NCBI RefSeq assembly: GCF_009914755.1
Contig: NC_060929.1
Direction: 5' to 3' (one strand)
DNA length: 64,000 bases
Source of the DNA: the human T2T-CHM13v2.0 reference genome, Homo sapiens
Below, piece by piece: positions 37,431-59,127 of this stretch; within the stretch, counting starts at the first letter, position 1, and each line of letters begins with the position of its first letter. The notes beneath the pieces are model-generated. The model had not been told where the DNA came from. It was given only the letters and a program-made list of their open reading frames with translations, and ran no database searches. The position numbers were made by a program, and so were the translations under genes.

Positions 37431-38840
37431 GTACAAACCCAGACCTTTAAGTTGTTACAAGAAGTAATGATACTCACTAAGCCAAAACCATAGTGTCAGG
37501 TACTATGCTGATGCTTTATATACACTAGCTTATTTTATACCTAAAACAATCTTACAAGGAAGACATATTATAATCCCCATTGATATCTGAGAAAAATGAG
37601 GCACAGAGAGAACAAGTAAGTTGATATCAAAAATGGCAGGGCAGGGATAATAAGATACATCTAGTATAAGATTTGGTTGAGATTATGAGTATGAGATCTT
37701 AGCCCATTGCCTGCCCACAGCAGTACTCAGCAAATGCTAGGCTATTATTATTACTGTTATTTTTTGTTAATTCCATTACTGTTATTATTTGACCAGGGGA
37801 ATCATCTTAGGCTTTATGGAGGAGTTGACATTTTCAATCAGCTTTGAGGGTGGGTAGGCTTTGGACAGACAGGGATGGGGCAGAAGAACATTCTGGACTA
37901 TGGGCACAACAAGAGCTAAGGCTAGGAGGTGGGACTGTGTAACTTTGAGATGGAGAATAGGGAGGAGACCTCAAAGCAGAACCTTAGGCTCTAAGGGAAA
38001 CAAGACAGAAGGATTCTGCTGACAAGACAGTAAAGTAGCCTGCTCATCTGGTGGTAGGCACTGTGTCAGCATTCTAGGTTGTAAATGTAGGAAGTAAGCA
38101 GATCAGAGGTTTGCTCAACAACCTGCCTAGTGAGCCAAACTGCTTGCTCTTGAGGCCATGTAGTCCTTCTGGGGCAGCTCTTCAAACCCTAGTCCACAGA
38201 GGCAGGTACCCAGTTCTTTCAGTGATGCCCCAAGCCAGATAAGAAAATGATGTTATGGAGATCTGGAATCCTCACCCAAAAGTCCAGCTTTCATTCTAAA
38301 TGCATCCGTCCATCAGGACAGTCTTGTGTGTGTTCAGAGGTGAGGGATGAAAGAGAAACTTCACAGCAGAAGACCCTCTCAAAGTCATGTGCGGATCTGC
38401 ACTGAGTCTCCTGTTTCTCCCTCTTCCCTAGCTATACCTCTTTTTAAGATCCAAAAGGGCAGGGCTGACTTAAGCCTTCTCTAGGGCCAGATATTCCTAG
38501 ACGAAAACAAGGGGCTTCTTGAGAGGAAATGAAAGGAGACGGAGATGCGGTTTTGCCTTAAGGTTTTTAATGTGAGCCACTGAGAAGATTCATTTTGAAA
38601 TAGAAAGATGTGTCTGACAGTGTGATGTAAATGCAGGCATTTTGGAGTCCCTGCTGGAGAACACACAGAGGTGAGTAGGGGTTCTCCAGTGACCTTGTGG
38701 GAGTCTTTGGCTGGGAAGCTAGCTGCTGGAGCTGAAAGGGCACAGGAATAGAAACCACACCACCTGGGGTCTTCTGATCCAGTGTTTTCCAAAGGGCAAG
38801 TGCCATGTGAGCTGGTTTTAGACTGCAAAGGAGCAACTGA

Positions 38841-39240
<400 letters not shown>

Positions 39241-39654
39241 TATTGTCTCTTTAATACCTCTCTATCACTTGTTGATCTCTCTTCTTAAGGAGGGCAAGCA
39301 CTCTTCAGCCTTAGAGGCATTAGCAGGCAACAGCATCTATTCTAGTGGATCTCATCCTTGGCTGCATGATGCTATTTCCTGGGGAGAGCTTTAACAAATT
39401 ACTTATGCCTAATTGCTTCCTCCCCAGAGGAATTCCAGTTTAATAGCTCTAAGGTCTGGCTTGGGCATTAGGATTTTTAGAAGCTCTCCAGACAACGGTT
39501 TCTAATTAGAATTGTTTTGTATTATATTTATTAACCTTCTATTAATGGCACGTGATACTAGTTTTCTACTGAAGGCATTGAAGTAAAATTTCCTTTCAAC
39601 ATCAGTTGACTTACATAAAAACAGTAAGTGCCTGTTAAAGGAAAATAAAAACTA

Positions 39655-39900
39655 AAGGCAGGAGGATCACTTGAGGCCAGGAGTTTGAGACCAGTCTGGG
39701 CAACGTAGTGAGACCCCGTCTCTTAAAAATAAAAGCCAGGCATAGCGGTACGTACCTGTAGTCCCAGCTGCTGAGGAGGCCGAGGTGGGAGGAGTGGGAC
39801 GATCACTTGAGACAGGGTGTTTGAGGCTGCAGTGAGCTATGATCATACTACTGCACTGGTGTGACAGAGCAGAAAAAAAGAAGAAGAAAAAGAAAGATAA
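39655..39900 (+). mobile_element. 5'-truncated AluJ
   Basis: GGCAGGAGGATCACTTGAGGCCAGGAG followed by an A-rich tail. Confidence 0.85.
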
Positions 39901-41529
39901 CTAAATAATGCAGGTGGTATTTGCATATGGCAAAAACAAAATATGCATTCAGTGAACTTTGCCAAACTCTCTTCTGGTCCTGGCTTAGCTCTCCCATTCC
40001 TGTCTTCTTTAGGCCCAGTTTCCTCAACAATGAAATGGGACTAATTATCCCAGGTCACACTTCTCTCTGGGCTTACCCTGGGAATCAGATGATTGAGCTT
40101 TGGTAAGTATTATTTGATAAACAAGTATGAGGAAGGAAATAAAAGGGAGATCAGTGCTGCAGAGATGGCTAATTGGCAGATTTACACAGAACTGGATTTT
40201 TTGCGTATGTTAAACCAGGCTATTTGGAACTTCTGAGTTCCAAGTACCATCTTCTCTCCCTCTGCATCAGAATGATCCACTGGTCTCCATTAAAGGTATC
40301 ATGATTGCCAATAATGATTTAGTTCTCCAGTGGCAATAAACTAAAGAACACTGGAAGTCCCACCAAGACTCCCAAGGATAGCGTGTTAGCATACAAGCTG
40401 AATAGCCTGTGTTGCAGTCCCTGCTAGTCAGGGTCTTCTGGATAATGCATTGCATGTGTGAGGACTGGCCTGGTCCTCTGCAGGCTGAATTCTGCATTTA
40501 GCAGCTCAGTGTCCCTTCCACGGGCCCCAGTTTCTTCATCAGGAAGGTGAGGGGCTTGGACTAGTGTAGGATCAGGTATAAATGCAAATACCTCCAATAC
40601 CAAGGAAGTAACTCAGGTGTGAGGCTCTGCTAAGGGAACAGGGAGTGGTCAGGCTTACAGCAAAGTAGAGAGCGCAGTCCCACAATAAAGATACTCAGAT
40701 TCAAGTTTTGAAAACCAGGGGGTTGTTAAACAACAGTTTGGCAAGGTGACAGTTAGTGATTACTGGATGTGATGGTTTCTAAGATTCATTTCTAAAAATA
40801 ATTTTATAATAGTAAAATAAATCCAAGGTGTCTACTGGGGTTTTTTTATATCACTGCTGTACTCAATGGTACCCAGAGGCTTCTCTGATAATAAGAACTA
40901 ACACTTAGAATAAAAGCTAACATCCAAATGCTAAGTTCTTTAAAACCATTTAATCCTCACCATAACTGTGTGAAGCCAGTACTATTATTACAGCCTTATA
41001 ACATATAAGGAAGTTAGGGTTCAGAGTGTTTTTTTACACACATTTTACAAATGTGTGTAAAATCTCTAGAGCAGCGTTATCCAATAGAAATATAAAATGA
41101 GCCATATATGTAATTTTGAATTTTTTTAGTAGCCATATTAAAAAATAAAAAGAAACATGACATTAATTTTAATTATATATTTTATGTAAACCAATATATA
41201 TAAAATATTATCATCTTAATATGTAATCAGTGTAAAAATTAATGAGATGCCTTGTGTATTTTTTGCATTGTCTTTAAAATTTAGAGTTTCTTCTTTTTTT
41301 TAAACAAATAGCCTTATTGAGATATAATTCACATACTATACAGTTTGCCCATTTAAAGTATACAATTCAATGGCTTTTAATATATTTACATATGTGTAAC
41401 AATTTTAAATTAAAATTGTGTAAAATTTAATATATTCACATGGTTACACACAAATGGTTACACATATGTTAATATACTAAATTTTACACAATTTTATATT
41501 TATTATTTATTTGATATATAAATATTATT

Positions 41530-41810
41530 TATTTGAGGCAGGGTCTTGCTCTGTTGGCCAGGCTGGAGTGCAGCATTGCAATCATAACTCACTGAAGCCT
41601 AGACCTCCTGGCTTCAAGCAATCCTCCTGCCTCAGCCTCTTGAGTAGATGGGACTGCAGGCATCTACCACCACACTCGGTATTAACTTTTTAATTTTTTG
41701 TAGAGACAGGGTCTCACTCTGTTGCCCAGGCTGGTCTTAAATTCCTGGGCTCAAGTGATCCTCCTGCCTCAGCCTCCCAAAATGTTGGGATTATAGGTGT
41801 GAGCCACCGC
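41530..41810 (-). mobile_element. AluJ
   Basis: Reverse Alu dimer. Confidence 0.9.
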
Positions 41811-42585
41811 AATTTTAGAAAGTTTTCATCCCCTTGAGATGAAATCTCCTATCTTTTGGCTAGCACTCACCTACCACCCTGACCCCATCCTCAGCCATAA
41901 ACTACCCCTAATCTAATTTAAATCTCTATAGACGTCCCTATTCTTTTTCATGTGACTATTCTGTTATCCCAGCACCATTTGTTGGAAAGACCATTTTCCC
42001 CCACTGAAGGGTCTTGGTACCCTTGCCAAAATCAGTTGACCATAGACATATGGGTTTATTTCTGTGCTCTCAATGTTCTGTTCCATTGATCTGTATGCCT
42101 ATCCTTATGCCAGTACCATACTGTCTTGACTATTGTTGTTTTGTAGTTAAGTTTTGAAATAGAGAAGTTTGAGTCCTCATACTTTATTCTTCTTTTTAAG
42201 GATTATTATGGCTATTCCAGATCTCTTTTAATTCCATATAAGTTTCTAAATCAACTTGTTAATTTGTACAAAGAAGTCAGTTTGGATTCTGATAGGGAAT
42301 GTGTTGAATTTACACATCAGTTTGGGGAGTATAACAATGTTAAGGATTGGAAAACCCGTGATTATAGGGTTTTCTCCATTTATTTAGACCTTCTTTATTT
42401 TCTCAACAATGTTTTGCAGTTCTCAGCATATAACTTTCATTTCTTTTGTTCAATTTATTCCTAAGTATTTAATACTTTTTGGTGCTATTTCAGATGAATT
42501 TTCCTATTAATTTTCATATTGGTCATTGCAATTGTATAAAAATACAATTATTTTTGTATATTGATCTTGTTTCATGCAATCTTGC

Positions 42586-43932
42586 TGTGATGGTTAATTT
42601 TTTGTGTCAACTTCACTGGGACATGAGGTGCCCACATATTTAGTCAAACATTATTCTATGTGCTTCTGGGAGGATGTTTTGGATTAGTTTGACATTTAAA
42701 TTGATAGAAATTGATAGACTGAGTAAAGTAGATTTCCCTTCGTAATGTAGCTTAGCCTCATTTAATCAGTTAAAAGTCTGAATAGAAAAAAAGGCTGACC
42801 CTGCCCACAAATAAAAAGGAATTTCTTCTGCCTGACTACCTCTGAGCTGCAACATCTGTTTTTTCTTGCCTTTGAACTTGAATTGAAACATTAGCTCTTT
42901 CTGAGTCTTGAGTCTGCTGGCTTTCAAACTAGAACTACAACATTAGCTTTCCTGAATGCAAATCAAAACCACAATGAGATGCCATCTCACACCAGTTAGA
43001 ATGGCGATCATTAAAAAGTCAGCAAACAACAGGTGCTAGAGAGGATGTGGAGAAATAGGAACACTTTTACACTGTTGGTGGGACTGTAAACTAGTTCAAC
43101 CATTGTGGAAGACAGTGTGGCGATTCCTCAAGGATCTAGAACTAGAAATACTATTTGTCCCAGCCAACCCATTACTGGGTATATACCCAAAGAATTATAA
43201 ATCATGCTACTATAAAGACACATGCACATGTATGTTTATTGTGGCACTATTCACAATAGCAAAGACTTGGAACCAACCCAAATGTCCATCAATGATAGAC
43301 TGGATTAAGAAAATGTGGCACATATATGCCATGGAATACTATGCAGCCATAAAAAAGGATGAGTTCATGTCCTTTGTAAGGACATGGATGAAGCTGGAAA
43401 CCATCATTCTGAGCAAACTATCACAAGGACAGAAAACCAAACACTGCATGTTGTCACTCATAGGTGGGAATTGAACAATGAGAACACTTGGACACAGGAT
43501 GGGGAACATCACACACTGGGGCCTGTCATGGGGTGGGGGGAGAGGGGAGGGACAGCATTAGGAGATATACCTAAAGTAAATGATGAGTTAATGGGTGCAG
43601 CACACCAACGTGGCACACATATACATATGTAACAAACCTGCACATTGTCTTCATGTACCTTAGAACTTAAAGTTATTTTAAAAAAAGCCACAGAACTCTT
43701 TTGTAAGTAAATAAAAAATTAGCTTTCCTGGTTCTCAGACATTTGGACTAGGACTAGAACTAAGCCATTAGCTCCCCTGGGCCCCCAGCTTGTAGGCTTC
43801 AGATTTTAGGACTAGTCAGCTTCCATAATCACATGAGCGAATTTCTTATAATAAATCTCTGTGTGTGTGTGTGTATATGTGTGCAATATATATACATTCT
43901 CTTGGTTCTGTTTCTCTGGAAACCCTGATAAA
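42586..43932 (+). mobile_element. MLT2-type ERVL LTR, split by an L1PA
   Basis: Starts TGTGATGGTTAATTTTTTGTGTCAACTT and ends GGTTCTGTTTCTCTGGAAACCCTGA. Confidence 0.8.
42955..43717 (+). mobile_element. 5'-truncated L1PA (ORF2 C-terminus and 3' UTR)
   Basis: ORF2 tail WKTVWRFLKDLELE...MWHIYAMEYYAAIKKDEFMSF; TSD ATTAGCTTTCCTG at 42942 and 43718. Confidence 0.93.
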
Positions 43933-45739
43933 TTATACTTGTTGACTCAAATAATTTCTCGCTGGTCTTAGAATTTTTTATATTCAATATTATGTCATGT
44001 TTGAATAGAGATAATTTTACTTCTCTTTTCCCCAATCTGAATACCTTTAAATTCCTTTTTTTTTGTTGTCTAATTGCACTGGCTAATACTTTCAGTATAA
44101 TGTTAAATAGAAGTGGTGAGAATAGATATTCTTGTCTCATTTCTGATCTTAGGAGAAAACATCCAGTTTTTCATCACTAAGTATGATGTTAGCTGTGAGT
44201 TTTTTCACAGATTCTCTTTATTAGGTTGAGGAAATTCCCTTCCATTCCTAGGTTTTTTGAGTTCTTATTCTTTTTAATATTATAGAAGAGTTTGGGTTTC
44301 ATAAAATCTTTTTAAAGCATCTATTGAGAAGATTATGTGGCTTTTGTTTTTTATTCTATTGATATGGTGTATTATATTAATTGATTTTTTGATGTTAAAC
44401 CAACCAATCTTTCATTCCAGGGATGAGTCTCACTTAGTCATGAAATGCAGTCTCTTTGTATGTTGCTGGATTTAGTTTGCTAGTACTTTGTTGAGAATTT
44501 GTGCCTCCATATTCTTAAGTAATTTTGGTCTGCAGTTTTTTTTTTGAGATGTGTTTGTCTGGTTTTGATATCAGGGTAATACTAATTTCATAGAATAAGT
44601 TAAGAAGTGTTTCCTCCTCTTTTATTTTCTTGGAAGAGCTTGTGAAAAATTGACATTACTTCTTTAAACGTTTGGTACAATTCAGCAGTGAAGCCATTTG
44701 GTCTTGAGCTTTTCTTTGTGGGTAATTTTTTTATCACAAATTCAATTTCTTTGGTTGTTAGAGGTCTACTGAGATTGTTGGTCTAAGATGGTCTAAGTTA
44801 TTTAATTTATTGACATATAATTGTTCATAAGAATATTATAATTATTTTGAATCCTTTTTAATCCTTTTTATTTCTATAAGGTTGGTAGTAATGTTCCATC
44901 TTTTGTTTCTGGTTCTAGTAATTTGAGTTGTCTCCCTTTTTTCTCAGCAGTCTAATTAAAGGTTCGCCAATTTTGTTGATCATTACAAAGAACCAGTTTT
45001 TGATTTCATCAATTTTTGGAATGGTTTCTTTTTCCTCTATTTTATCATTTTCCACTCTAATCTTTATAATGTCCATCCTTATGCTCACTTTAAGTTTCAT
45101 TTGCTTTTCTTCTTCCAATGTTTTACGGTTAGGTTATTGCTTAGAGGTCTTTCTTCTTTTTCTAATATATGCATTACAGCTCTAAATTGTCTTCTGAGCG
45201 GTGATCCAGCTACATTTCTTAGGTTTTGGTATGCCATATCTTTATTTTCTTCTATCTCAAAGTACTTTTAATTTCTCTTTTGATTATTTCTTTGACCCAT
45301 TGGTTATTTAGGAGCATGGTATTTAGCACCTCTTAAACTGGAATAGTTACATTTCAAGTGCCTAATAGCCACTATGGCTGGTTGTTAGCATATTGAACAG
45401 TGCAACTTTATAGAGTTATTCAGTGATGCAAGTTGGGAGTTGAACCTGGTTTATCTGATTCCAAGGAAATAATCTTTGCAAACTGTCTCTCCAATATGTT
45501 AAATGTGTAAAATAGCAAGCCTTGCTAATTAGCCACTTTAGGAAGTTTAATTACTTTATTTTGGGAAAGTAATTTTAAACATTTTACCTTTTAAATTATT
45601 AAATAATTTTTTATTTGTGTATACTTTAGGCATACAACATAATATTTTAATATCCTTATATATAGTGAAATGATTACTACAGTCAAATAAATTAGCATAT
45701 CTGTCACCTTTTATAGTTACCTTTTAAGCTTTAAAAAAA

Positions 45740-48420
<2,681 letters not shown>

Positions 48421-51400
48421 GATACCCAATATCATAAATTTATTATATTTGGTATTTACTAACCGATACATGTGATCTACCACATGCTTAATTTATTTGT
48501 CTATTCCTGACTTCTTGAGATGAAAGCATAGATGATTGTTTTTTCCCCAGCCTTTCTTGTTTCTTAACATATTCATTTTAAGGTTGCCCGATGAGCATGC
48601 TTAGTTGGATTCCCCAAAATAATTAGTTAGTTAATTTGTTGACTGATTGATTGACACATTGCTAGCTCCTCTCAGACTGCCCAGTCTTCCTCATGCCCAA
48701 AGTGCTCTCATTCTGTTCATGATAACGCCCAAAATCTTTACCTTGGCACACTCGTTTCTCCATGATCTGCCCCTACTCCCTAATCGCTGTCACCTCCTAC
48801 AATTTGTCCCCTTATCCACCTTGCTCCAACCACACTGGCCTCCTTACTGTTCCTCAACAACATCAAACACACTCCTGTCTCAGAGCCTTTGCCCTTGCTG
48901 CCACCCCTATCTGGAAGGTTTATACTTTAAATAGCCAAAAGGCTTTTCCTCTTCCTTCATTCAGGTTTCAGCTGAAATGCACCTTTTTTTGGAAAGACCT
49001 TCCATGACTACGTTATATAAAATGGCATTCTCTAGCACCCACTATCACCCATACTTTGATTTTATTTTTCTTCATAATGATACTTCCCAACTGACACAAA
49101 ATAAATTTACATGTTTATTTATTGTTTGGCTACCATTTTCTTCTCTCTCTAGAATATAAACTTCATGAGGATAAGGATTTTTTTTTCTGTTTTATTTACT
49201 TCTGTATCTCCAAAGCCCACAAAATGTGTGGTACATGGTAGATGATTTATAAATACTTGGGTGATGGATTCTGTACTTGGCGTCAGAAGATCTGGATTAA
49301 ATAGTTCTGAATCTGCCTCTTATTAGCCACGTGACCTTGAGCAACCAAATGAAACTTTCTAAGCCTCGATTCCTTTAATGGTGTAGTGGAATAATAATTA
49401 TTGCCCCTGAGATACTGAGTGTAAAAGTACTTTATGAAGTATACAAAATCATCATAGACATTTTTCGATATTATTGTCAGAAAATGTCTTGCTTGTCCCA
49501 AATTTCTTTCTATTTGGACTTCCTTGGTGATAAAAATTCTCCTGTGGGAGAATTTTTGTTGTGAACATTTTGGACATTTTGTTGTGTTTGGCTCTAGCTA
49601 AAACATGAGCATTTGTTCCTAGAAGGGATAACATTTTTACACTTCTGTTGCCATTAGTATGTGAGCAAGAATTAATATATGAACTCATTGTCACTGATGA
49701 CATGTGATATGGGTGGGTAGGTTTTGGTGGAGAAAGCACTAAGCAAAATGTCTAGAGCATTGTGGGGAGGGGAGTGCTGAAAAGGCCATTCTAAGTGGGT
49801 GCCTGGGGGAAAGATTAAAAAGTTCTTTATTAGTCAGGTTAGGCTATGTTATATTGCAGCACAACAACGTCAAATTCTCAGAAGCGTATCAGGAAAGGTT
49901 AATTTCTTATCCAAATAGTCTTCTGTGGTTTCATACTACTCTCCAGGGGTTGGGAGGAGATAGTTGTATTATTTCACATGCCTGTGTGGGGACTTTTTAG
50001 GGAATCTTAGTTAAACAACTTGGATAAATTTAATAAAGTTTTATAAGACTACCACAGTACAAATCTATCTTGGCAAAAGATTTTACAGTTTACATAGGAA
50101 TATGCTTGAAAATACTATTGTTATTTTCTAGCCCTTTTGGCATAGAGTTTAGGTATAATTATCACATTTTCAACTGCAAGTTGTATCATGTGTTTTGATG
50201 GATACGTATGTTTTTGGGGAAATGGGACTCATTATTTGAATTAGAACCTTTAAAAGAATGCTACCATTTATTGAGCAATTATTGTGTACCAAGTAGCACA
50301 GTAAAAGCTTTGAATACCTTATCTCATTTGATGTTCAAAACAGCTTCCTGAGGGAGATACTATTACTGTATTCACCTTATAGTGAGGAAACTGATGTTCA
50401 GAGATGTGGAGTAATTTGTCTCCAGTCACACAAATAAGTGGAAGAACTCAGGCCAAATTCAGGTCTGTCTGGCTTCAGAACTTGTGGTCTTTACCGCAAC
50501 ACAATGCTATCTACCTCTCCCCAGATAATATATTCTGCATGTATGATTGCCATAGGTCTATCAGCAGCCCAAAATAGATGATGACAATGAATATATTAAT
50601 ATAATAGGGTTATATTAATGATTTCACAGCATTTGGGCCTGAGTGTAGAATCCCAAAGATGTTCTGTTGTGTATGTTTAACATTCCCAGTGTCACAATCA
50701 CTCCTTTGGGTTAAGACTTTGCCTGTGATAGACCCAGGTAAAATGCAAATATCCTTCATGGGAGCAAAAATAAATTAACACAATCACTATGACCAGCAAG
50801 AAATAGCTGATTTCTATCATCAGGGAATAACCAAATGAAGAAGACAAATTTAAAATAGTTTGTTAGAAAGCAATTTAATATAACATATAATCAAATGAAA
50901 ACTTAAATATAACTGAGTGGAAGTTATATTTTGCAGAACTATAATGGGTATGCCAATGAGGGAAGGGTTTTATAATTGAAAATAGTTATCAGGAAAGGAT
51001 TCTTGGAGTAGTTGGCACTTGGTGTGAGTCTTGAGTCACTTGGAAACCATGTACTATATGTGTCTAATAATCCTGATTTTAAAAACCTATAATAAGTCTC
51101 TCTTTTTTTTCTGCCCATAAGAGTCCACCTGTTTCCATCTTCTGTTTCTCTGCAAAAATGCTGGTGCTTTTCACTCTAATCATGTGACTTGAATGGGAGC
51201 TGCCATCTTTTTAGAGCTCTTTCTCCTAGACAGTGTTGATTGGCTCAGAGATAGGCACTTGATTTAGTCCAGGCTAATCAGAATACTCAAACTTATGTCC
51301 ACAGTTGGTGAGTTCAGTGATAAGTACCTGACCCAAGATTGGTCAATTCTATCAATTTGTAGGATATTTGCATTTGAGACTAGAAAAAGTGAATCTCAAT

Positions 51401-52476
51401 TCTTCTATGGGTTTTGCTTCTGTGTTGTAAGATTTGAGGTACTAGAGCTCTGGGTGGCCATGTTCCTGGTTGGTCTATTCTAAGAAAGAATGAGGTGCCC
51501 TGTGGGGTTAAACAGAAATGAGAGATGCAAAGAGTGTAAGGTGGCATTTCCATTTCTGGTCTCTGAGCTCTACCTTTATGCACTGTTTTGGCTGTTCAGT
51601 CTTCATCTAAATAACTTCTAATAACTCCACTGCCACCGCCATCTAGCTATGCTCTTGGGTAATTTGAGTTGAATTTTTGTCACATGCAACTGAGAGTCCT
51701 GACTAGTATTTCATTGTGACTTTATATTGAAATAGGCAGAATAAAAATTATCTTTATTTTACAGAGAGAAAATGAGGCTCAGAAAAAATATGTAACCAAG
51801 ATACTAAAAAAAGTATAGGAGTTAATCCAAGACAAACATTAGATCTTCTCTCACTGGAGAAAACATTGGTAGGTACAAGGAGCTAGGTCATGAAAAGTCT
51901 ACTGGCTTAGGAGACTCAGTATATGAACTATGAATAAAATAGCTTCCCACCTCTTAGGGTATTCTGAATGTTCTGACACTAGATTTTGGTATCATTTTAG
52001 GTTGGGTTTTTTTATTGTTGTTGTTTTTGTCAGTAAAATCCTGGCTTTTGAGGAAAAAGGAGGAAGTCCAATTCCACCACAGAACCCACTTCCCTTTTGA
52101 CTTTAGGTCCATGGGGTTGCCCAGGTCTGAAATAAGTTAATAACTATCTCTTTTGTACTGTAGTGATGTAACCCTGAAAAGAATGGGCTTTTGGTAAGGA
52201 TTAATTTTAAAATGATACCAAATGATTGATCGTTCCACTCTTATCAAAGCATACTCGAATCTGTACTAACCCAGGGATACAGAAAGATTCAGAAAGCACA
52301 ATCCTTTGAATTTTAGGACAAACTTTACTTAGAGAAGTATCTCCTTAATAAACAAAAAAAGAAAATAAACTTGGGACGTTTAAAACTTTACATTTTGCCA
52401 TATTTCAAATAAGATTTAAGATAGCTTAAAAGAATATAAACATATAAGAGACAATTTAAGTTAAAAGTGGAAGAGA

Positions 52477-52800
<324 letters not shown>

Positions 52801-52859
52801 TTATAAGATAGGGACATTAAATGGAGTTAGAAATGAGGCTAATAAATAATGAATATGCT

Positions 52860-53526
<667 letters not shown>

Positions 53527-53889
53527 ATGAATGTGACACAGTCCTATATGTATTTGGCAACTAGCCCCAAGTTGGGTTGGGCTTTAAGCTTTCTTGTTGT
53601 CAGTGCAAATAGAGAAACTCAACCAACTACAGTTTTGCAATATCCACGAGACAAATGTTTAGGAAAAGTACAACTACATCTAACACTATGTCCAGAAACA
53701 ATGTGTCCCTGGGTTCTTACAAAGAGAGCACTGTATTATAAAATACAGAAGGCCTGAAGATCCTCCTTCCAGGAGACCCAAGGATGAGGTTCACAGGCCT
53801 GGTTCTTATAGGTGGAAGCATTATTTCTCAAATTTCAATTGTCTTTATTATTTCTGCCATATATACTTACTAAATTTTAGAAATTATTA

Positions 53890-54197
53890 TTATTATCATT
53901 ATTATTATTTTTTGAGAGGGAATCTCACTCTGTCACCCAGACTGGACTGCAGTGGCATGATTTCAGCTCCCTGCAAGCTCTACCTCCTGGGTTCAAGTGA
54001 TTCTTTTGCCTCAGCCTCCCACATAGCTGGGATTACAGGTGGGCGCCACCACACCCAGCTAATTTTTTATATTTTTTTGGTAGAAACGGGATTTCACCAT
54101 GTTGGTCAGGCTGGTCCCAAACTCCTGACGTCAAGTGATCCGACCGCCTCGGCCTCCCAAAGTGCTGGGATTACAGTCATGAGCCCCTGTGCCCAGC
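53890..54197 (-). mobile_element. AluS
   Basis: Reverse dimer with an (ATT)n tail; TSD TAGAAATTATTA. Confidence 0.92.
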
Positions 54198-55429
54198 TAG
54201 AAATTATTAACCTAATTTTTTTTAACGTAGATTTTATTTTGACTCAGTTTTAAACTTAATCTTAGCAAGGTAGAAAAGCTAGTTATGTTTTTTTCTAGTA
54301 TCGTTTAAGTCAAGTTTATAAGGATTAAAATTAAAAAGTCTATTTTAATCTAAAATTTTCTTATGTACCATTAATAGTTTGTAGGCCACACCTTGGGAAA
54401 CACTGACTTAAGGAAAAGGAAAAATCCAGTATTTGGATATCCATGACCTCATTGCATTTTAATATTTCTCGAGAGGTGTCATCTTAATATTTCCTGAGAG
54501 GTATTATTATCACCAACAGAGGTGGGGAAACAGGTTAAAGAACTTTTGTAAGGTTCCACAATAACTGAGCAGAGATGAAACTCAAGTCTTTTGATGAAAA
54601 TCAAGTTCTGGCTTCTAGATGGGTGTAGAGAAGGCCTTTTTCCCAAACTGAAGTTCAGACTCTCTTTGACTGTTTACCCCTTTGCTTCCTGCCAGAATGC
54701 CCCACCCCACTTAGTCCATAGTGATGCCCACCTGTGGTTAATGGAGCTGAGGCTGCTGGACCAAAGGGAGGAAGTCTGTTAGGCATATGTGGAACCCAAA
54801 AGAGGAACTTCATCAACTGTCATGGACAGCTCTGCCACTTTGTGACCCTGTGGACTTTTTGGGAAGTGTTTTTGTGGTTCACCAGTCTCTCATTAGGCAA
54901 GGCCATTTGTCCTGGGTTGGTCTTCTTCATTGGTGGAAAGTACAGCTGGGAGATTTGGAATGGTTGCAGATTGACTTGACTCTCATAAGGAACTGCCACC
55001 ATGAGCTTTTGGGGAAAGACCTCAAGCTGTGGTGTGTTGCTGAGGATTGTGGGATTCCTCCAAATCTTGGGGAACATTTTGAGTCATCACTGGCAGCAGA
55101 TTTCTGTTGACAACTTGAGCAACTTCAGAATGAAGAAGCCATCTTCATCTCTCACATGAATATGACTTTGGGTAAATCATCTCGAAATCTGAACCCATGG
55201 TTGTGATCCACACTCCTCCTGAGTTCTGATTTTTAGTGTAACCTTTTTCTTCTCATTTTTTCTTCTTTGTGCATCTCTTAAGGAGGTTTTTAAAATCTCA
55301 TAATTAAAAAATTTATTTCTTCAAAACTTTTTATTTTGAAATCACTGTAAATTCACATACATTTGTATAAAATGCCACAGAAAAATCCTGTGTGCCTTTT
55401 ACTCAGTTTATTCTAATGATAACATCCTT

Positions 55430-58562
<3,133 letters not shown>

Positions 58563-58677
58563 TTTTTTTGTTGTTTTTTGGGTTTTTTTTTTGAGACATG
58601 ATCTTGCTTTGTTATTCATGATGGAGTGCAGTGACACAATCATAGCTGACTTTAAGCTCAAACTCCTGAGCTCAAGC

Positions 58678-59127
58678 TAAGGGAGGAGACCACCCCTCAT
58701 ATTGTCTTATGCCCAATTTCTGCCTCCAAAGAAAGAAGTAAAAACTAAAAGGCAGAGATGAAATCCACAGGCAGACAGCCTGGTGCCACATCCTGGGCCT
58801 AGTTAAAGATTGACCCCTGACCTAACCAGTTATGTTATCTAGATTCCAGACGTTGTATGGAAAAGTGTTGTGAAAATCCCTGTCTTGTTCTGTTCTAATT
58901 ACCGGTGCATGCAGCCCCCAGTCATGTACCCACTGCTTGCTTAATTGATCATGACCCTCTCACACAGACCCCCTTAGAGTTGTGAGCCCTTAAAAGGGAC
59001 AGGAATTGCTCACTCGGGGAGCTCGGTTGTTGGAGACGTGAGTTTTGCCAAAGCTCCCAGCCGAATAAAGCCCTTCCTTCTTTAACTCAGTGTCTGAGGG
59101 GTTTTGTCCGCGGCTCGTCCTGCTACA
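58678..59127 (+). mobile_element. LTR2/LTR2B 5' LTR of a Harlequin/HERV-E provirus, inserted into an Alu (58563-58677)
   Basis: TAAGGGAGGAGACCACCCCTCATATTGTCTTATGCCC...GTCCTGCTACA, with AATAAA at 59064. Confidence 0.9.

Larger units (their letters stand above)
41070..45405. mobile_element. MER33-like hAT element split (41070-41290 and 45320-45405) by an old minus-strand L1 that carries further insertions
   Basis: The 5' part CAGCGTTATCCAATAGAAATATAA and the 3' part ACATTTCAAGTGCCTAATAGCCAC...ATTGAACAGTG are separated by L1 sequence. Confidence 0.6.

Noticed and set aside
43103-43474. 123-aa ORF matching the L1 ORF2 C-terminus
   Set aside because: Part of a 5'-truncated L1PA of about 0.75 kb that cannot encode a functional ORF2p.
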